Source of the DNA: a virus
Taxonomy: Duplodnaviria > Caudoviricetes
IMG/VR virus record: IMGVR_UViG_3300032219_000225
Coordinates: 1 to 30,396 of that record
DNA length: 30,396 nt
Reading direction: 5' to 3' (one strand)
The position numbers were made by a program, and so were the translations under genes. The notes under the pieces are model-generated. The model was not told where the DNA came from. It searched no databases and was given only the letters and a program-made list of their open reading frames with translations. Below are positions 1 to 8,745 of the stretch, one piece after another (the first letter of the stretch is position 1; each line of letters begins with the position of its first letter).

Positions 1-122
1 AAGTGACAGAAACAGAACTCAAGCGAGTAAAGTGCCGCAACTACAGCATTGAGCAAAAAGATGAGTTCCTTGCTGACTGTGGTGCGGATGGTCAGAAATA
101 TGTTGATATGGCTGGTTGGTAA
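1..122 (+). CDS. 3' end of a hypothetical protein (tail-fibre-associated region), truncated by the window edge
   Basis: Hand translation from position 3 gives VTETELKRVKCRNYSIEQKDEFLADCGADGQKYVDMAGW, with TAA at 120-122, directly before the next ATG at 125. Confidence 0.6.
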   Translation, partial: VTETELKRVKCRNYSIEQKDEFLADCGADGQKYVDMAGW

Positions 123-124
123 TT

Positions 125-412
125 ATGACAACCACTTGGAAAATTGCACAACTTGACCGCCAAACCTCTGATGGCTTGGTAACCACTGCTCATTACACAG
201 TTAACGCTGTTGATGGTGAATATTCTGCTGGCTCTTACGGCACAGTAGGTTTTGAGCGTGGCGACACATTCACTGCCTATGACTCGCTGACCGAGGCTCA
301 AGTCATTGCTTGGGTAAAAGACAAGCTAGATGTTGAGGCTATTGAAGCAAGTCTTTCCGCACAGATTGAAGCCAAGAAGAATCCAACTACTGCAACAGGA
401 GTGCCTTGGTAA
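125..412 (+). CDS. Small conserved phage protein, probably a tail-fibre accessory/assembly protein
   Basis: ATG at 125 is preferred over the track start at 116. Pattern W.I..L.R...DG.V...HY, F..Y..LTE..V..WV and C-terminal G.PW is typical of small genes next to tail fibres. Confidence 0.75.
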   Translation: MTTTWKIAQLDRQTSDGLVTTAHYTVNAVDGEYSAGSYGTVGFERGDTFTAYDSLTEAQVIAWVKDKLDVEAIEASLSAQIEAKKNPTTATGVPW

Positions 413-558
413 TGAACGACATCAAACTCTCAACCAACTTGGTAAACGCCATCCTGCAATACCTCGGGAAGCAGCCATATGTTGACGTATTTCAATTGGT
501 AGAGGCTATCCAAAAAGAAGCCAAAGAGCAAACTCCTCCTACACCGACTGAGACATGA
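412..558 (+). CDS. 48-aa hypothetical protein (not in the ORF track)
   Basis: MNDIKLSTNLVNAILQYLGKQPYVDVFQLVEAIQKEAKEQTPPTPTET. It has a TAATG overlap with the upstream gene and an ATGA overlap with the downstream gene. The N.IL..LG..PY..V..L pattern is common in phage tail regions. Confidence 0.8.
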   Translation: MNDIKLSTNLVNAILQYLGKQPYVDVFQLVEAIQKEAKEQTPPTPTET

Positions 559-1181
559 TCTTTGGAGCATCAGCTTTTGCGCAAGACCCGTTTGCTGCGG
601 CAGCGGGGAACTTCTTTTCATCTGAAGTATCTGAAACCGCAACAGCCACTGACTCCACATCCACCTTCCAAACCTTTGCCGTAGCCACAGCCGAAACTGC
701 AACAGCCACGGACGAAACAGCTTCCATATTTATCTTCTTGATTGACATTGCAGAGACCAGCACCAGTACAGATGCGCCGTCTTCAAGTACCACACTACCT
801 GCTGCGATCAGCGAAGCCGCGTCCGTTGCCGATACTACCTCCAGCCTACCCAACTACGCCTGCTCAGTTCCTGAGTCCGTAACTGCCGCCGACTCCGTGG
901 TTACAGCCGCCAGCGTTATTGCGCAGATACAGGAGAACGTGACCGCAACAGATACAATTCTGCGTAGGTTGCTGTGGGAGTTGATTGATGACGACCAAGC
1001 TCCGGGCTGGACAGACATTACCATCCCAACGACAATCAATGATGTCTCCACATTTGGCGGGATGCACTTCGGGGATGTGTCATTTGCTGGGCAGTTTAAC
1101 CAATCGTGGATACCTGACACCGAGAGCTGGACGCAGATCAACGATACACAAACACCCAACTGGACTGAAATTGTTCAATAA
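555..1181 (+). CDS. Putative virion structural protein, Ala/Thr/Ser-rich with periodic repeats
   Basis: 208 aa; N-terminal FG..AF...PFA motif, repeated E-x-A/V-T-A-x-D units, and two W..I.D.Q.P.W..I motifs at the C-terminus. Confidence 0.75.
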   Translation: MIFGASAFAQDPFAAAAGNFFSSEVSETATATDSTSTFQTFAVATAETATATDETASIFIFLIDIAETSTSTDAPSSSTTLPAAISEAASVADTTSSLPNYACSVPESVTAADSVVTAASVIAQIQENVTATDTILRRLLWELIDDDQAPGWTDITIPTTINDVSTFGGMHFGDVSFAGQFNQSWIPDTESWTQINDTQTPNWTEIVQ

Positions 1182-1190
1182 GGAAAAACC

Positions 1191-2354
1191 ATGACAACGT
1201 ACTCAACAAGCCTTAGAGCAGAACTACCCACAGGCGGTACACAAGCCGGTGTCTGGGGCGACACAACCAACAGCAACTTAAACTATATTTTTGATTCTGC
1301 TATTGCTGGGTATATCACCGTAAGCGTCACTGCCGCAGCCCAAGCACTTACTTTCACCAACGGGCCGACATCCACCTCAAATTTGAATCAAGCCATTTAC
1401 GCTATTCTGAGGTTTACCGGTGCTTCTGCGGCAACGGCTATCTATGCCCCACCAGCATCAAAGACATACATTATTTGGAACAACAGCGGTTACACCATAA
1501 CTATTTACAACTCTACGGTCATTGGTAATACAACGGCTGCTGGTACAGGCATCTCTATTCTCAACAACAATAAAGTCATGGTTTGGTCTGACGGGACAAA
1601 CTTCTACGATATTCAAGCCCAAAACTTAACCGGCACTTTAGCTATTGCCAACGGCGGTACAGGTCAGGTCACAGCAAATGCCGCATTCAATGCCTTGGCT
1701 CCTGCTCAGACAGCCAACCGATTGCTTAAATCAGATGGCACGAATACCTCGTTTGCTCAGGCGGTACTAACTACAGACGTTACAGGAACTTTACCTGTTG
1801 CCAACGGGGGCACTGGGGTTACAACTTCCACCGGATCTGGTAATAATGTACTGTCTACAAATGCGGCGCTTACTACGCCAACAATTACATCGGCAACGAT
1901 GATAACTCCAGCACTTGGCACGCCGTCCTCTGGCAACTTAGCTAACTGCACATTCCCAACTCTTAACCAAAACACAACTGGTAGTGCTGGAAGTTTAGCT
2001 TCAACTTTAGGAATTGCTGCTGGCGGTACAGGTCAGACTACCGCTGCTAATGCGGGTTCTGCTTTAGGCGCTATTGGGGTGGGACAAACAACACAAAACG
2101 TAGCTTCCAGTCGAGCGGCAGGTACTACGTATACAAACAGTACTGGCAGACCCATTATGGTTTACATATCTACGGTGAACAGCGGCCCTAGTGCAACTAC
2201 TAGTCAAGAAATTATCGTAGACGGAATATCAATATTGTACGGAGGCACACAGTCAAATAGACGCGCAGCGTACACATTTATTGTTCCTGCTAGCTCTACA
2301 TATTCTCTTACTACCGGAGACACTATACAAAATTGGTGTGAGTTGCGCGTATAA
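1191..2354 (+). CDS. Tail fibre / receptor-binding protein
   Basis: RBS AAGGA at about 1180. Conserved N-terminal anchor (TG.Q.G.WG.TTN.N), three L.(I/V)A.GGTG repeats, and a C-terminal tip domain (GVGQT.QNV..SR..GTTYTNSTGRPI...FIVP..STY). Confidence 0.8.
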   Translation: MTTYSTSLRAELPTGGTQAGVWGDTTNSNLNYIFDSAIAGYITVSVTAAAQALTFTNGPTSTSNLNQAIYAILRFTGASAATAIYAPPASKTYIIWNNSGYTITIYNSTVIGNTTAAGTGISILNNNKVMVWSDGTNFYDIQAQNLTGTLAIANGGTGQVTANAAFNALAPAQTANRLLKSDGTNTSFAQAVLTTDVTGTLPVANGGTGVTTSTGSGNNVLSTNAALTTPTITSATMITPALGTPSSGNLANCTFPTLNQNTTGSAGSLASTLGIAAGGTGQTTAANAGSALGAIGVGQTTQNVASSRAAGTTYTNSTGRPIMVYISTVNSGPSATTSQEIIVDGISILYGGTQSNRRAAYTFIVPASSTYSLTTGDTIQNWCELRV

Positions 2355-2366
2355 CGGTGAAATGAA

Positions 2367-3044
2367 ATTGATCCGCTATCCATTCTCTTTGCTGCAAATG
2401 CCTGTGTCGCTGCTATTAAGCAGGGGTGTAAGCTATACAAAGACGCTAAAACGTCTTTTATGGAGGTCAAAAAGACTGTTAATGAGGTCGCTGAGATATA
2501 TAAGGAAGTTACTGGGTTTTGGAGTAACTTTAGTAACTTTTTCAAGTCCAGTGAAAAACCCGCCCCGACCAAGCCTGTGGCGAAAAAGGAAGCCTATGTC
2601 GCCGTTGACGAAACCCAAGTCATGGCAGACATCGTCACCCAGCTCTCCAACTTCTTTAGACTGCAAGAACAGCTTGCTGATCACATAAGGGAAGAGGAAG
2701 AGAAAAGCAAAAACGTCTACAACCCTGATGCCAACTTGATGGAAGCCGCCCTAAAGCGGGTCATGGCACAAGACCAGATGGCGTTGCTGGAGACGGAGAT
2801 CAGAGAGGCAATGGTGTACGGCGCTCCTAAAGAAATGGGGGCTTTGTATAGCAAAGTGTTTGAAATGCGGGATGTCATCAAGGTAGAGCAGGACAAAGCA
2901 AGGAAGAAACGGGATGATGAATCATGGCAACGCAAGGAAAGGCAACGTCTTTTAAACGAAAGGCAAGCGTACCTGCTGGCGACTATCCTATTCCTCCTGT
3001 ACATATGGCTCCTCCTCGGCCTCTTAAACAGGACTGGGAGTTAG
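2367..3044 (+). CDS. Coiled-coil protein with a C-terminal transmembrane helix, in the lysis block; probable ATT start
   Basis: The frame of track ORF 2460..3044 stays open upstream to 2361 and reads (I)DPLSILFAANACVAAIKQGCKLYK. The C-terminus is hydrophobic (YLLATILFLLYIWLLLGLL). The start position is uncertain (2367 ATT or 2460 ATG). Confidence 0.7.
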   Translation: MDPLSILFAANACVAAIKQGCKLYKDAKTSFMEVKKTVNEVAEIYKEVTGFWSNFSNFFKSSEKPAPTKPVAKKEAYVAVDETQVMADIVTQLSNFFRLQEQLADHIREEEEKSKNVYNPDANLMEAALKRVMAQDQMALLETEIREAMVYGAPKEMGALYSKVFEMRDVIKVEQDKARKKRDDESWQRKERQRLLNERQAYLLATILFLLYIWLLLGLLNRTGS

Positions 3045-3229
3045 TGATGGGCTGGATTGCTGCTTGTGTGCTTGTGGGTATGCTCCTACCCTTATTGGGT
3101 ATGGTGTACTTGGACGTGCTTCAAATGAAGCAAGAAGCAAAACAGCAGATTGAGAAGATGGAAAAAGTACGCAAAGAAGTTGAAAAGGAAAAACGAGATG
3201 ATCCCAATAGTCGCATCCCTCCTCGGTAG
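2924..3229 (+). CDS. Single-TM protein with a C-terminal coiled coil (lysis accessory, possibly inner-membrane spanin-like)
   Basis: TM segment WIAACVLVGMLLPLLGMVYL followed by a charged heptad-like tail. It fills the gap between the flanking genes. The start may be 2924 or 3047. Confidence 0.7.
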   Translation: MATQGKATSFKRKASVPAGDYPIPPVHMAPPRPLKQDWELVMGWIAACVLVGMLLPLLGMVYLDVLQMKQEAKQQIEKMEKVRKEVEKEKRDDPNSRIPPR

Positions 3230-3710
3230 TCTGGCCCAAAACGGCCTTGGGCTGCTCTCCAGTGCCATCCAAGCCAAAGGCAAAGAGGTGGTTGAGAAAA
3301 CGCTTGGCGTGAAGATTCCTGACAATCCAACCGCAGAAGATGTCAGCAATCTGCGCCAGCTTCAATACGAACACGAAGAGCGCTTGCTTGAGTTGGGCAT
3401 TGAAAAAGCCAAGATGGAGTTGGCTGAATTGCAGATGTTTGCTGATGCCGCCAAGAACGAAGACGACAACGTCACAGACCGCTGGAAATCGGATATGAAC
3501 AGCGATTCTTGGCTATCCAAGAACATCCGCCCCATGAGTTTGATTGCTATATTTTCAGGTTACTTCCTGTTTGCCATGATGTCTGCCTTTGGCTATAACG
3601 CTAACGAGTCTTATGTATCCTTGCTTGGGCAGTGGGGTATGCTCATCATGGGCGCATACTTTGGCGGCAGAACCATTGAGAAACTAGCCGAAATGAAAGG
3701 CAGAAAATGA
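3198..3710 (+). CDS. Holin, 3TM / gene-transfer-agent holin type
   Basis: ATG at 3198 after AAGGA. Has D..SDSWLSKNIRP, two C-terminal hydrophobic helices and a GAYFGGRT.EK ending, and lies next to the endolysin. Confidence 0.8.
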   Translation: MIPIVASLLGSLAQNGLGLLSSAIQAKGKEVVEKTLGVKIPDNPTAEDVSNLRQLQYEHEERLLELGIEKAKMELAELQMFADAAKNEDDNVTDRWKSDMNSDSWLSKNIRPMSLIAIFSGYFLFAMMSAFGYNANESYVSLLGQWGMLIMGAYFGGRTIEKLAEMKGRK

Positions 3711-4048
3711 GTTTAAACACTGAACAAGCTGCGTTTTTGCTGGACATGTGTAAGCTAATCCAGTACGCTACAGACCAAGGATTCGTGGTGACCGGCGGGG
3801 AACTTGCCCGTACGCCCGAACAGCAAGCCATTTATTTCAAGACGGGGCGTTCCAAGACTATGAATTCCATCCATCTAAAGCGCTGCGCCATAGACTTGAA
3901 CTTCTTCAAGGACGGAAAAATCATTTGGGATAAAGCAATCCTTGCGCCTTTGGGCGCTTACTGGGAGACCTTGCATCCGAAGAACCGCTGGGGTGGCAAC
4001 TTTAAGTCGTTGGTGGACTGCCCCCATTTTGAACGCAACGTGGGTTAA
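3707..4048 (+). CDS. Endolysin, M15-family Zn peptidase
   Basis: Motifs RTPEQQ, NSIH....AIDL and WGG.F...D.PHFE. ATGA overlap with the holin. Confidence 0.9.
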   Translation: MSLNTEQAAFLLDMCKLIQYATDQGFVVTGGELARTPEQQAIYFKTGRSKTMNSIHLKRCAIDLNFFKDGKIIWDKAILAPLGAYWETLHPKNRWGGNFKSLVDCPHFERNVG

Positions 4049-4050
4049 AC

Positions 4051-6696
4051 ATGCCCTTACAGAAAATCCAGCTTCGCCCCGGTGTAAACAGAGAGAGCAC
4101 TTCTTACGCCAATGAGGGTGGGTATTACGCATCCAACAAGATTCGGTTTCGTTCAGGTATGCCGGAGAAGATTGGCGGCTGGACAAAAGACACTGGCCCA
4201 AATGTATCAACGCTACAGCCACCTTCATCTTTTACAGCAACAGGCGCTATATCAGGGACAAATCTTACGATTGGTAGCTTAACGAGCGGCACAATTTCAG
4301 TTGGGCAAACCATATCGGGCACTGGTGTTACAAGCAACACAACGATTACTGCGGGGGCCGGCTCTTCTTGGACGGTTTCTATTTCTCAAACAGTAGCCTC
4401 TACAACTATTACAGGTTCTGGTTCTACAGGAACAATTTGGGGCGTATGCCGTGCGCTATGGAACTGGCTGAACTTAGCAAACTATAACTTGCTGGCGCTG
4501 GGAACAAACCTTAAATACTACATACAAAATGGCTCAGGGGGTGGGTTCTACGATATAACCCCCATTCGAGAGTCTGGTGCGCCTGTTACGTTTTCTGCTG
4601 TTACTATTGCGCCATTTAGCACAACCATAACCGTTACAGATGCTGGACATGGAGCGCAGGTTGGGGACTTTGTAACTTTCAGCGGTGCGGTCAGTCTTGG
4701 CGGCAACATAACCGCCTTGATACTAAACAAAGAATATGAAGTAGCCACCTATATAAACAGCAGTCAGTACACAGTCGTGGCCTCTGTTTCTTCTAACGCA
4801 AGTGACACGGGCACAGGTGGCGGTTCAGCAGTGGCTGCGTATCAGATTTCTACTGGCTCAGATATATTTACCATAGGTGTCGGCTGGGGCGCTGGCGGTT
4901 GGGGTGGGTCGCTTGGCCCTGCGGCTACAACTACGTTAAACGGAGCCTTGGCGACTGTGGGCAATACTATTCTGTCAGCGCAAATTGCCGCTGCCGATAC
5001 AACAATTGGAGTTGCCTCTACCGCTACGCTTGCTGCTTCTGGCACTGTTTTGATTGAGAGCGAGATAATTACCTACTCGGGTAAAACAGCCACAACACTT
5101 ACAGGATGCACACGAGGGACAAGTTCTACAACAGCCGCTATACACATTGCGGCAACAGGTGTTATCCAGTATGCCACCTCAACAATCAACGTAGCTGATT
5201 CCACAACATTTGCAGCAGCTTCGCCTACAGGAACTTTCAGCGTTGGCGGAGAAACAATTTCTTACACAGGCAAGGGTTCTGGCACATTTACTGGTTGTGT
5301 TCGCGGCACATCTGGTTATGTAACCGCTCATGCAAGCGGCGCTCTCGTGTCTCAATACGCCTCTACTGCTACTGGGTGGGGTCAAGCGGCCCCCGAAAGT
5401 CAGGGTATTGGTCAACAACTGCGTTTATGGAGTCAGGCAAATTTTGGCGAAGACTTGATATTTAACCCCCGTGGCGGCGGATTGTATTACTGGGCGGTTA
5501 ACGCTAATCCAACGATTTTTGATAGGGGTACTCTGCTTACTGCCGGAGATACTCCAGATATTTGTAACTTTGTCATAGTTTCGGACGCTTCACGTTTTGT
5601 CATTTGCTTTGGCGTAAACGACTACGGCTCCGCACTACAAGATCCCATGTTGGTGCGTTGGTCAGATCAAGAAGACTACACGCAGTGGACACCATCTATT
5701 ACCAACCAAGCAGGCAGCTATACACTTAGCCACGGTTCACAAATTATTACCGCCATACAGACTCGCCAAGAAATTTTGGTGTTGACTGACTCTGCTATCT
5801 ACTCTATGCAGTACCTTGGCCCACCTTATGTTTGGAGCTTCCAGATTATGGGCGACAACATATCTATTGTTGGGCCAAATGCAATAGCAACCGCTAACAA
5901 CATCTCGTACTGGATGGGTACAGACAAGTTCTATATGTACTCAGGTCGTGTTCAAACGCTTCCATGTACTTTGCGTCAGTATGTCTACAACAACATTAAC
6001 CTTGAGCAGTCTTTTCAGTTTGTGGCTGGTACTAACGAAGGTTATAACGAGGTGTGGTGGCAGTATTGTTCTGCGGGTTCTAACGTAATTGACCGGTATG
6101 TTATTTACAACCATCTGGATAACGTCTGGTACTACGGTGACTGGAGCAACTACACAGGCACTGCATTCCAAGGGCGTACAGCTTGGCTTGACAGCGCTTT
6201 ACGCGCACAACCAATGGCAGCTACATACGGAGTGGCTGGCGGCAATGCAAACGCATTACTTGTGTACCACGAATCAGGAGTAGACGACGGCACAGTAAAT
6301 CCAGCAACCCCTATTGTTTCTCAGGTGACCTCATCCGACTTTGACATTGGGGACGGACACAACTTTGGTTTTGTGTGGCGCTTGATTCCTGACTTGAGCT
6401 TTGATGGGTCGGATGTAAATGCACCGACTGTTATGTTCACGGTACTCCCCCGAGCTAACCCCGGGGCAAACTACGGCTCATCAAACAACCCCGACGTTGT
6501 CAGTGCGCAAAATTATGCGGGGCAACGCACCTATGAGGTGCAGCAATTTACTCAGCAGGTGTATGTACGGATTCGTGGTCGCCAGATGGCATTCCAGATA
6601 AGTTCAGGTACGGTGGGTTCCGCCACCTCTGGGCTTGGTGTCCAGTGGCAATTAGGTGTTCCCCGTATAGATATTCGTCCTGACGGTAGGAGATAA
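4051..6696 (+). CDS. Tail hub/nozzle protein (P22 gp10 stabilisation-protein-like) with inserted small beta modules
   Basis: 881 aa; N-terminal PG.NRE.T.Y..EG.....K.RFRSG.PEKIGGW, a propeller-like region (RWSDQED...W.P...NQAGS..L..GS.I), and C-terminal RIDIRPDGRR. It precedes the ejection-protein genes. Confidence 0.75.
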   Translation: MPLQKIQLRPGVNRESTSYANEGGYYASNKIRFRSGMPEKIGGWTKDTGPNVSTLQPPSSFTATGAISGTNLTIGSLTSGTISVGQTISGTGVTSNTTITAGAGSSWTVSISQTVASTTITGSGSTGTIWGVCRALWNWLNLANYNLLALGTNLKYYIQNGSGGGFYDITPIRESGAPVTFSAVTIAPFSTTITVTDAGHGAQVGDFVTFSGAVSLGGNITALILNKEYEVATYINSSQYTVVASVSSNASDTGTGGGSAVAAYQISTGSDIFTIGVGWGAGGWGGSLGPAATTTLNGALATVGNTILSAQIAAADTTIGVASTATLAASGTVLIESEIITYSGKTATTLTGCTRGTSSTTAAIHIAATGVIQYATSTINVADSTTFAAASPTGTFSVGGETISYTGKGSGTFTGCVRGTSGYVTAHASGALVSQYASTATGWGQAAPESQGIGQQLRLWSQANFGEDLIFNPRGGGLYYWAVNANPTIFDRGTLLTAGDTPDICNFVIVSDASRFVICFGVNDYGSALQDPMLVRWSDQEDYTQWTPSITNQAGSYTLSHGSQIITAIQTRQEILVLTDSAIYSMQYLGPPYVWSFQIMGDNISIVGPNAIATANNISYWMGTDKFYMYSGRVQTLPCTLRQYVYNNINLEQSFQFVAGTNEGYNEVWWQYCSAGSNVIDRYVIYNHLDNVWYYGDWSNYTGTAFQGRTAWLDSALRAQPMAATYGVAGGNANALLVYHESGVDDGTVNPATPIVSQVTSSDFDIGDGHNFGFVWRLIPDLSFDGSDVNAPTVMFTVLPRANPGANYGSSNNPDVVSAQNYAGQRTYEVQQFTQQVYVRIRGRQMAFQISSGTVGSATSGLGVQWQLGVPRIDIRPDGRR

Positions 6697-6698
6697 GC

Positions 6699-7013
6699 AT
6701 GGGATTAAAAAGCGTAGTACAACCTCGATTTCCATCAGCACCCGATCAGTATGACCCTCGGTACATAGAACAGCTTATTAACGTGTTGCGTTTGTACTTT
6801 AACCAACTGGATAACGCTTCCCCCGCCGTGTTTGCTTCTCAGGGTGTGGGTACTACCGATGTTGTTACAGCTTTAACTTGCGCTCAACCTGACTTAAACA
6901 ATCCGGGCCAGTTTGTAGCCAGCTTGCCAACCCAAACCGATCTTGCCAATCTTCGTAAAGGCGATATCTACTACGACACTACGGCTGGCAATGTTCTGAA
7001 GATCAAAGTCTAG
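6699..7013 (+). CDS. Small virion-associated hypothetical protein
   Basis: 104 aa; P..P.QY...Y..QL...LRLYFNQLD motif; tightly packed after the tail hub gene. Confidence 0.75.
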   Translation: MGLKSVVQPRFPSAPDQYDPRYIEQLINVLRLYFNQLDNASPAVFASQGVGTTDVVTALTCAQPDLNNPGQFVASLPTQTDLANLRKGDIYYDTTAGNVLKIKV

Positions 7014-7042
7014 TTGTTCAAAAATGCTCAACATGATACTAT
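7014..7042 (+). promoter_or_regulatory. Candidate sigma70 promoter with extended -10
   Basis: TTGTTC (7014-7019), 17 nt, TACTAT (7037-7042) preceded by TG-n. It sits in the only sizeable AT-rich gap of the + arm, with RBS GAGG at 7061. Confidence 0.5.
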
Positions 7043-7069
7043 CAATAAACCCGTTTAAATGAGGCAAAA

Positions 7070-8743
7070 ATGAGCCTACAACTTGCAGCCCAGCACCTTT
7101 CTTCGCAAGGTCGTGGTAACGATTCCACGCTTGTACATATGTCGCCCCGAGAGGTTAAAAGCCTTAATGACTTGGCGATGGCGCATGGTGGGCAACTGTC
7201 TATCAACCCTAATACAGGTTTACCCGAAGCTGGCTTCCTTGAGTCTCTTTTGCCTATGGCGGCTGGTTTTGCTTTAAATGCCGCAGTTCCCGGACTGGGT
7301 GCTGCGATGGGTGGGTTTGCTGTGCCAGCTTTGGTTGGTGGCGGTATGGCGCTAATGACGGGTAGTTTAGAAAAAGGTTTGATGGCTGGCTTAGGCGCTT
7401 ATGGCGGCGCTAATCTTGGTGCAAGTTTGGCGCAAACCGGCGTAGAGGCCGCAGCAGCAACTGCTCCTGAAATCGCAGCAGCGCAAGCAAACGCCGCTAC
7501 TCAAATGCAAAATTTCTACGATCCAGCAACGCAAGCATTTAAGCCCGGAGGATTAGAGGCTGTTCAAAAAGCCTCTATGGATGCTTCAAATGCCTATGCC
7601 AACGCACAAACCGGCGCACAAGCCGCTTACGACAAGCTTGGTTTTATGGACAAAATGAAATCCAATTTTGGCACTTTAACCTCTCCCGGAGGAGCAAGTG
7701 GTCTGTTTGACAAGATTTCTAGCTCACCCATGAGCTTACTTAAAACCGTAGGCTCTGCCGCTGCGCCAGCTATTGGCGAACTTATGAAGCCGGAGAAAAA
7801 GGAAGAAACAAAAGCCGATTCCGACTTGGGTCAGCGTTACGGATTTTCCATGAATCCTACGGGCGGTCAGCAGCAACAAGTTCAGCCCGGACAAAGCCCA
7901 ATAACTACCCCGCCAAGTCCTACTACTACACCATTCCCAACTCCCGATATTTACGGTAAAGAACAACGATACTTTGCGCCTTCATACTCAAAACTCACAC
8001 CTGAAGACGCTAAAAAAATGTATGGGTATGCTGATGGTGGGGTTGCAACAGACCCAGATCGCCCCACCGAAACCCCAGCATTGCAAGCGTTTAAACAAAT
8101 GCAAGCACAACGTGCGGCTCAACCTCCAGCGCCACAAATTGATGCAAATGCAGAGTTTGCCAAGTACGCCCAACAAACAGTCGGTGCGCCCAATCAAATG
8201 CAAGCGCCTACTGCGCCACCCCCCACATCGACAAGCTTGGGTGAGTACGGTTACGCTTTTAACCCCATTAAACAGCAACTTACCCGAATCCCGGGCTCTG
8301 CGCCAGCCGAGTCAACCGACTCTTCAGCAAATCCTTTTAGCATTGAAAACCGTCCTGTAATTGGCTATTCATCAACAGGCGAAAAAATGTACGGTGAGAA
8401 ACCAGATAATCGCCCTATTGGTATGGGCGGAATACGCATGGCCTCCGGCGGTATTTCTCACCTTGGCGATTACTCTGATGGAGGCCGACTGCTTCGTGGC
8501 CCCGGTGATGGTGTATCCGACTCCATCCCTGCAATGATTGGCAAAAGACAACCTGCACGTTTAGCCGACGGTGAGTTTGTTGTACCTGCACGTATAGTTT
8601 CTGAGTTGGGTAATGGCTCAACCGAGGCTGGCGCACGTAAGCTGTACGCAATGATGGACAGGATTCAAAAAGCTCGCGGCAAGACTGTAGGCAAAGGTAA
8701 AGTGGCAAAGAACAGCCGCTCTGAGAAATACCTTCCTGCGTAA
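7070..8743 (+). CDS. Putative internal virion / DNA-ejection protein
   Basis: 557 aa; N-terminal GR..D..LVHM.P.EV...INP.TGLPEA, a Gly-rich hydrophobic segment, Pro/Gln linkers, and C-terminal GPGDG.SDSIPA....ARLADGEFV. Confidence 0.7.
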   Translation: MSLQLAAQHLSSQGRGNDSTLVHMSPREVKSLNDLAMAHGGQLSINPNTGLPEAGFLESLLPMAAGFALNAAVPGLGAAMGGFAVPALVGGGMALMTGSLEKGLMAGLGAYGGANLGASLAQTGVEAAAATAPEIAAAQANAATQMQNFYDPATQAFKPGGLEAVQKASMDASNAYANAQTGAQAAYDKLGFMDKMKSNFGTLTSPGGASGLFDKISSSPMSLLKTVGSAAAPAIGELMKPEKKEETKADSDLGQRYGFSMNPTGGQQQQVQPGQSPITTPPSPTTTPFPTPDIYGKEQRYFAPSYSKLTPEDAKKMYGYADGGVATDPDRPTETPALQAFKQMQAQRAAQPPAPQIDANAEFAKYAQQTVGAPNQMQAPTAPPPTSTSLGEYGYAFNPIKQQLTRIPGSAPAESTDSSANPFSIENRPVIGYSSTGEKMYGEKPDNRPIGMGGIRMASGGISHLGDYSDGGRLLRGPGDGVSDSIPAMIGKRQPARLADGEFVVPARIVSELGNGSTEAGARKLYAMMDRIQKARGKTVGKGKVAKNSRSEKYLPA

Positions 8744-8745
8744 CC

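Noticed and set aside
2060-2354. Tail fibre tip as a diversity-generating retroelement target
   Set aside because: No reverse transcriptase and no template repeat seen in the window.
2281-2688. 135-aa alternative-frame ORF including ATG 2362
   Set aside because: It looks like an off-frame reading with no clear RBS; the 2367 frame gives the more protein-like product. A regulatory role for ATG 2362 is not excluded.
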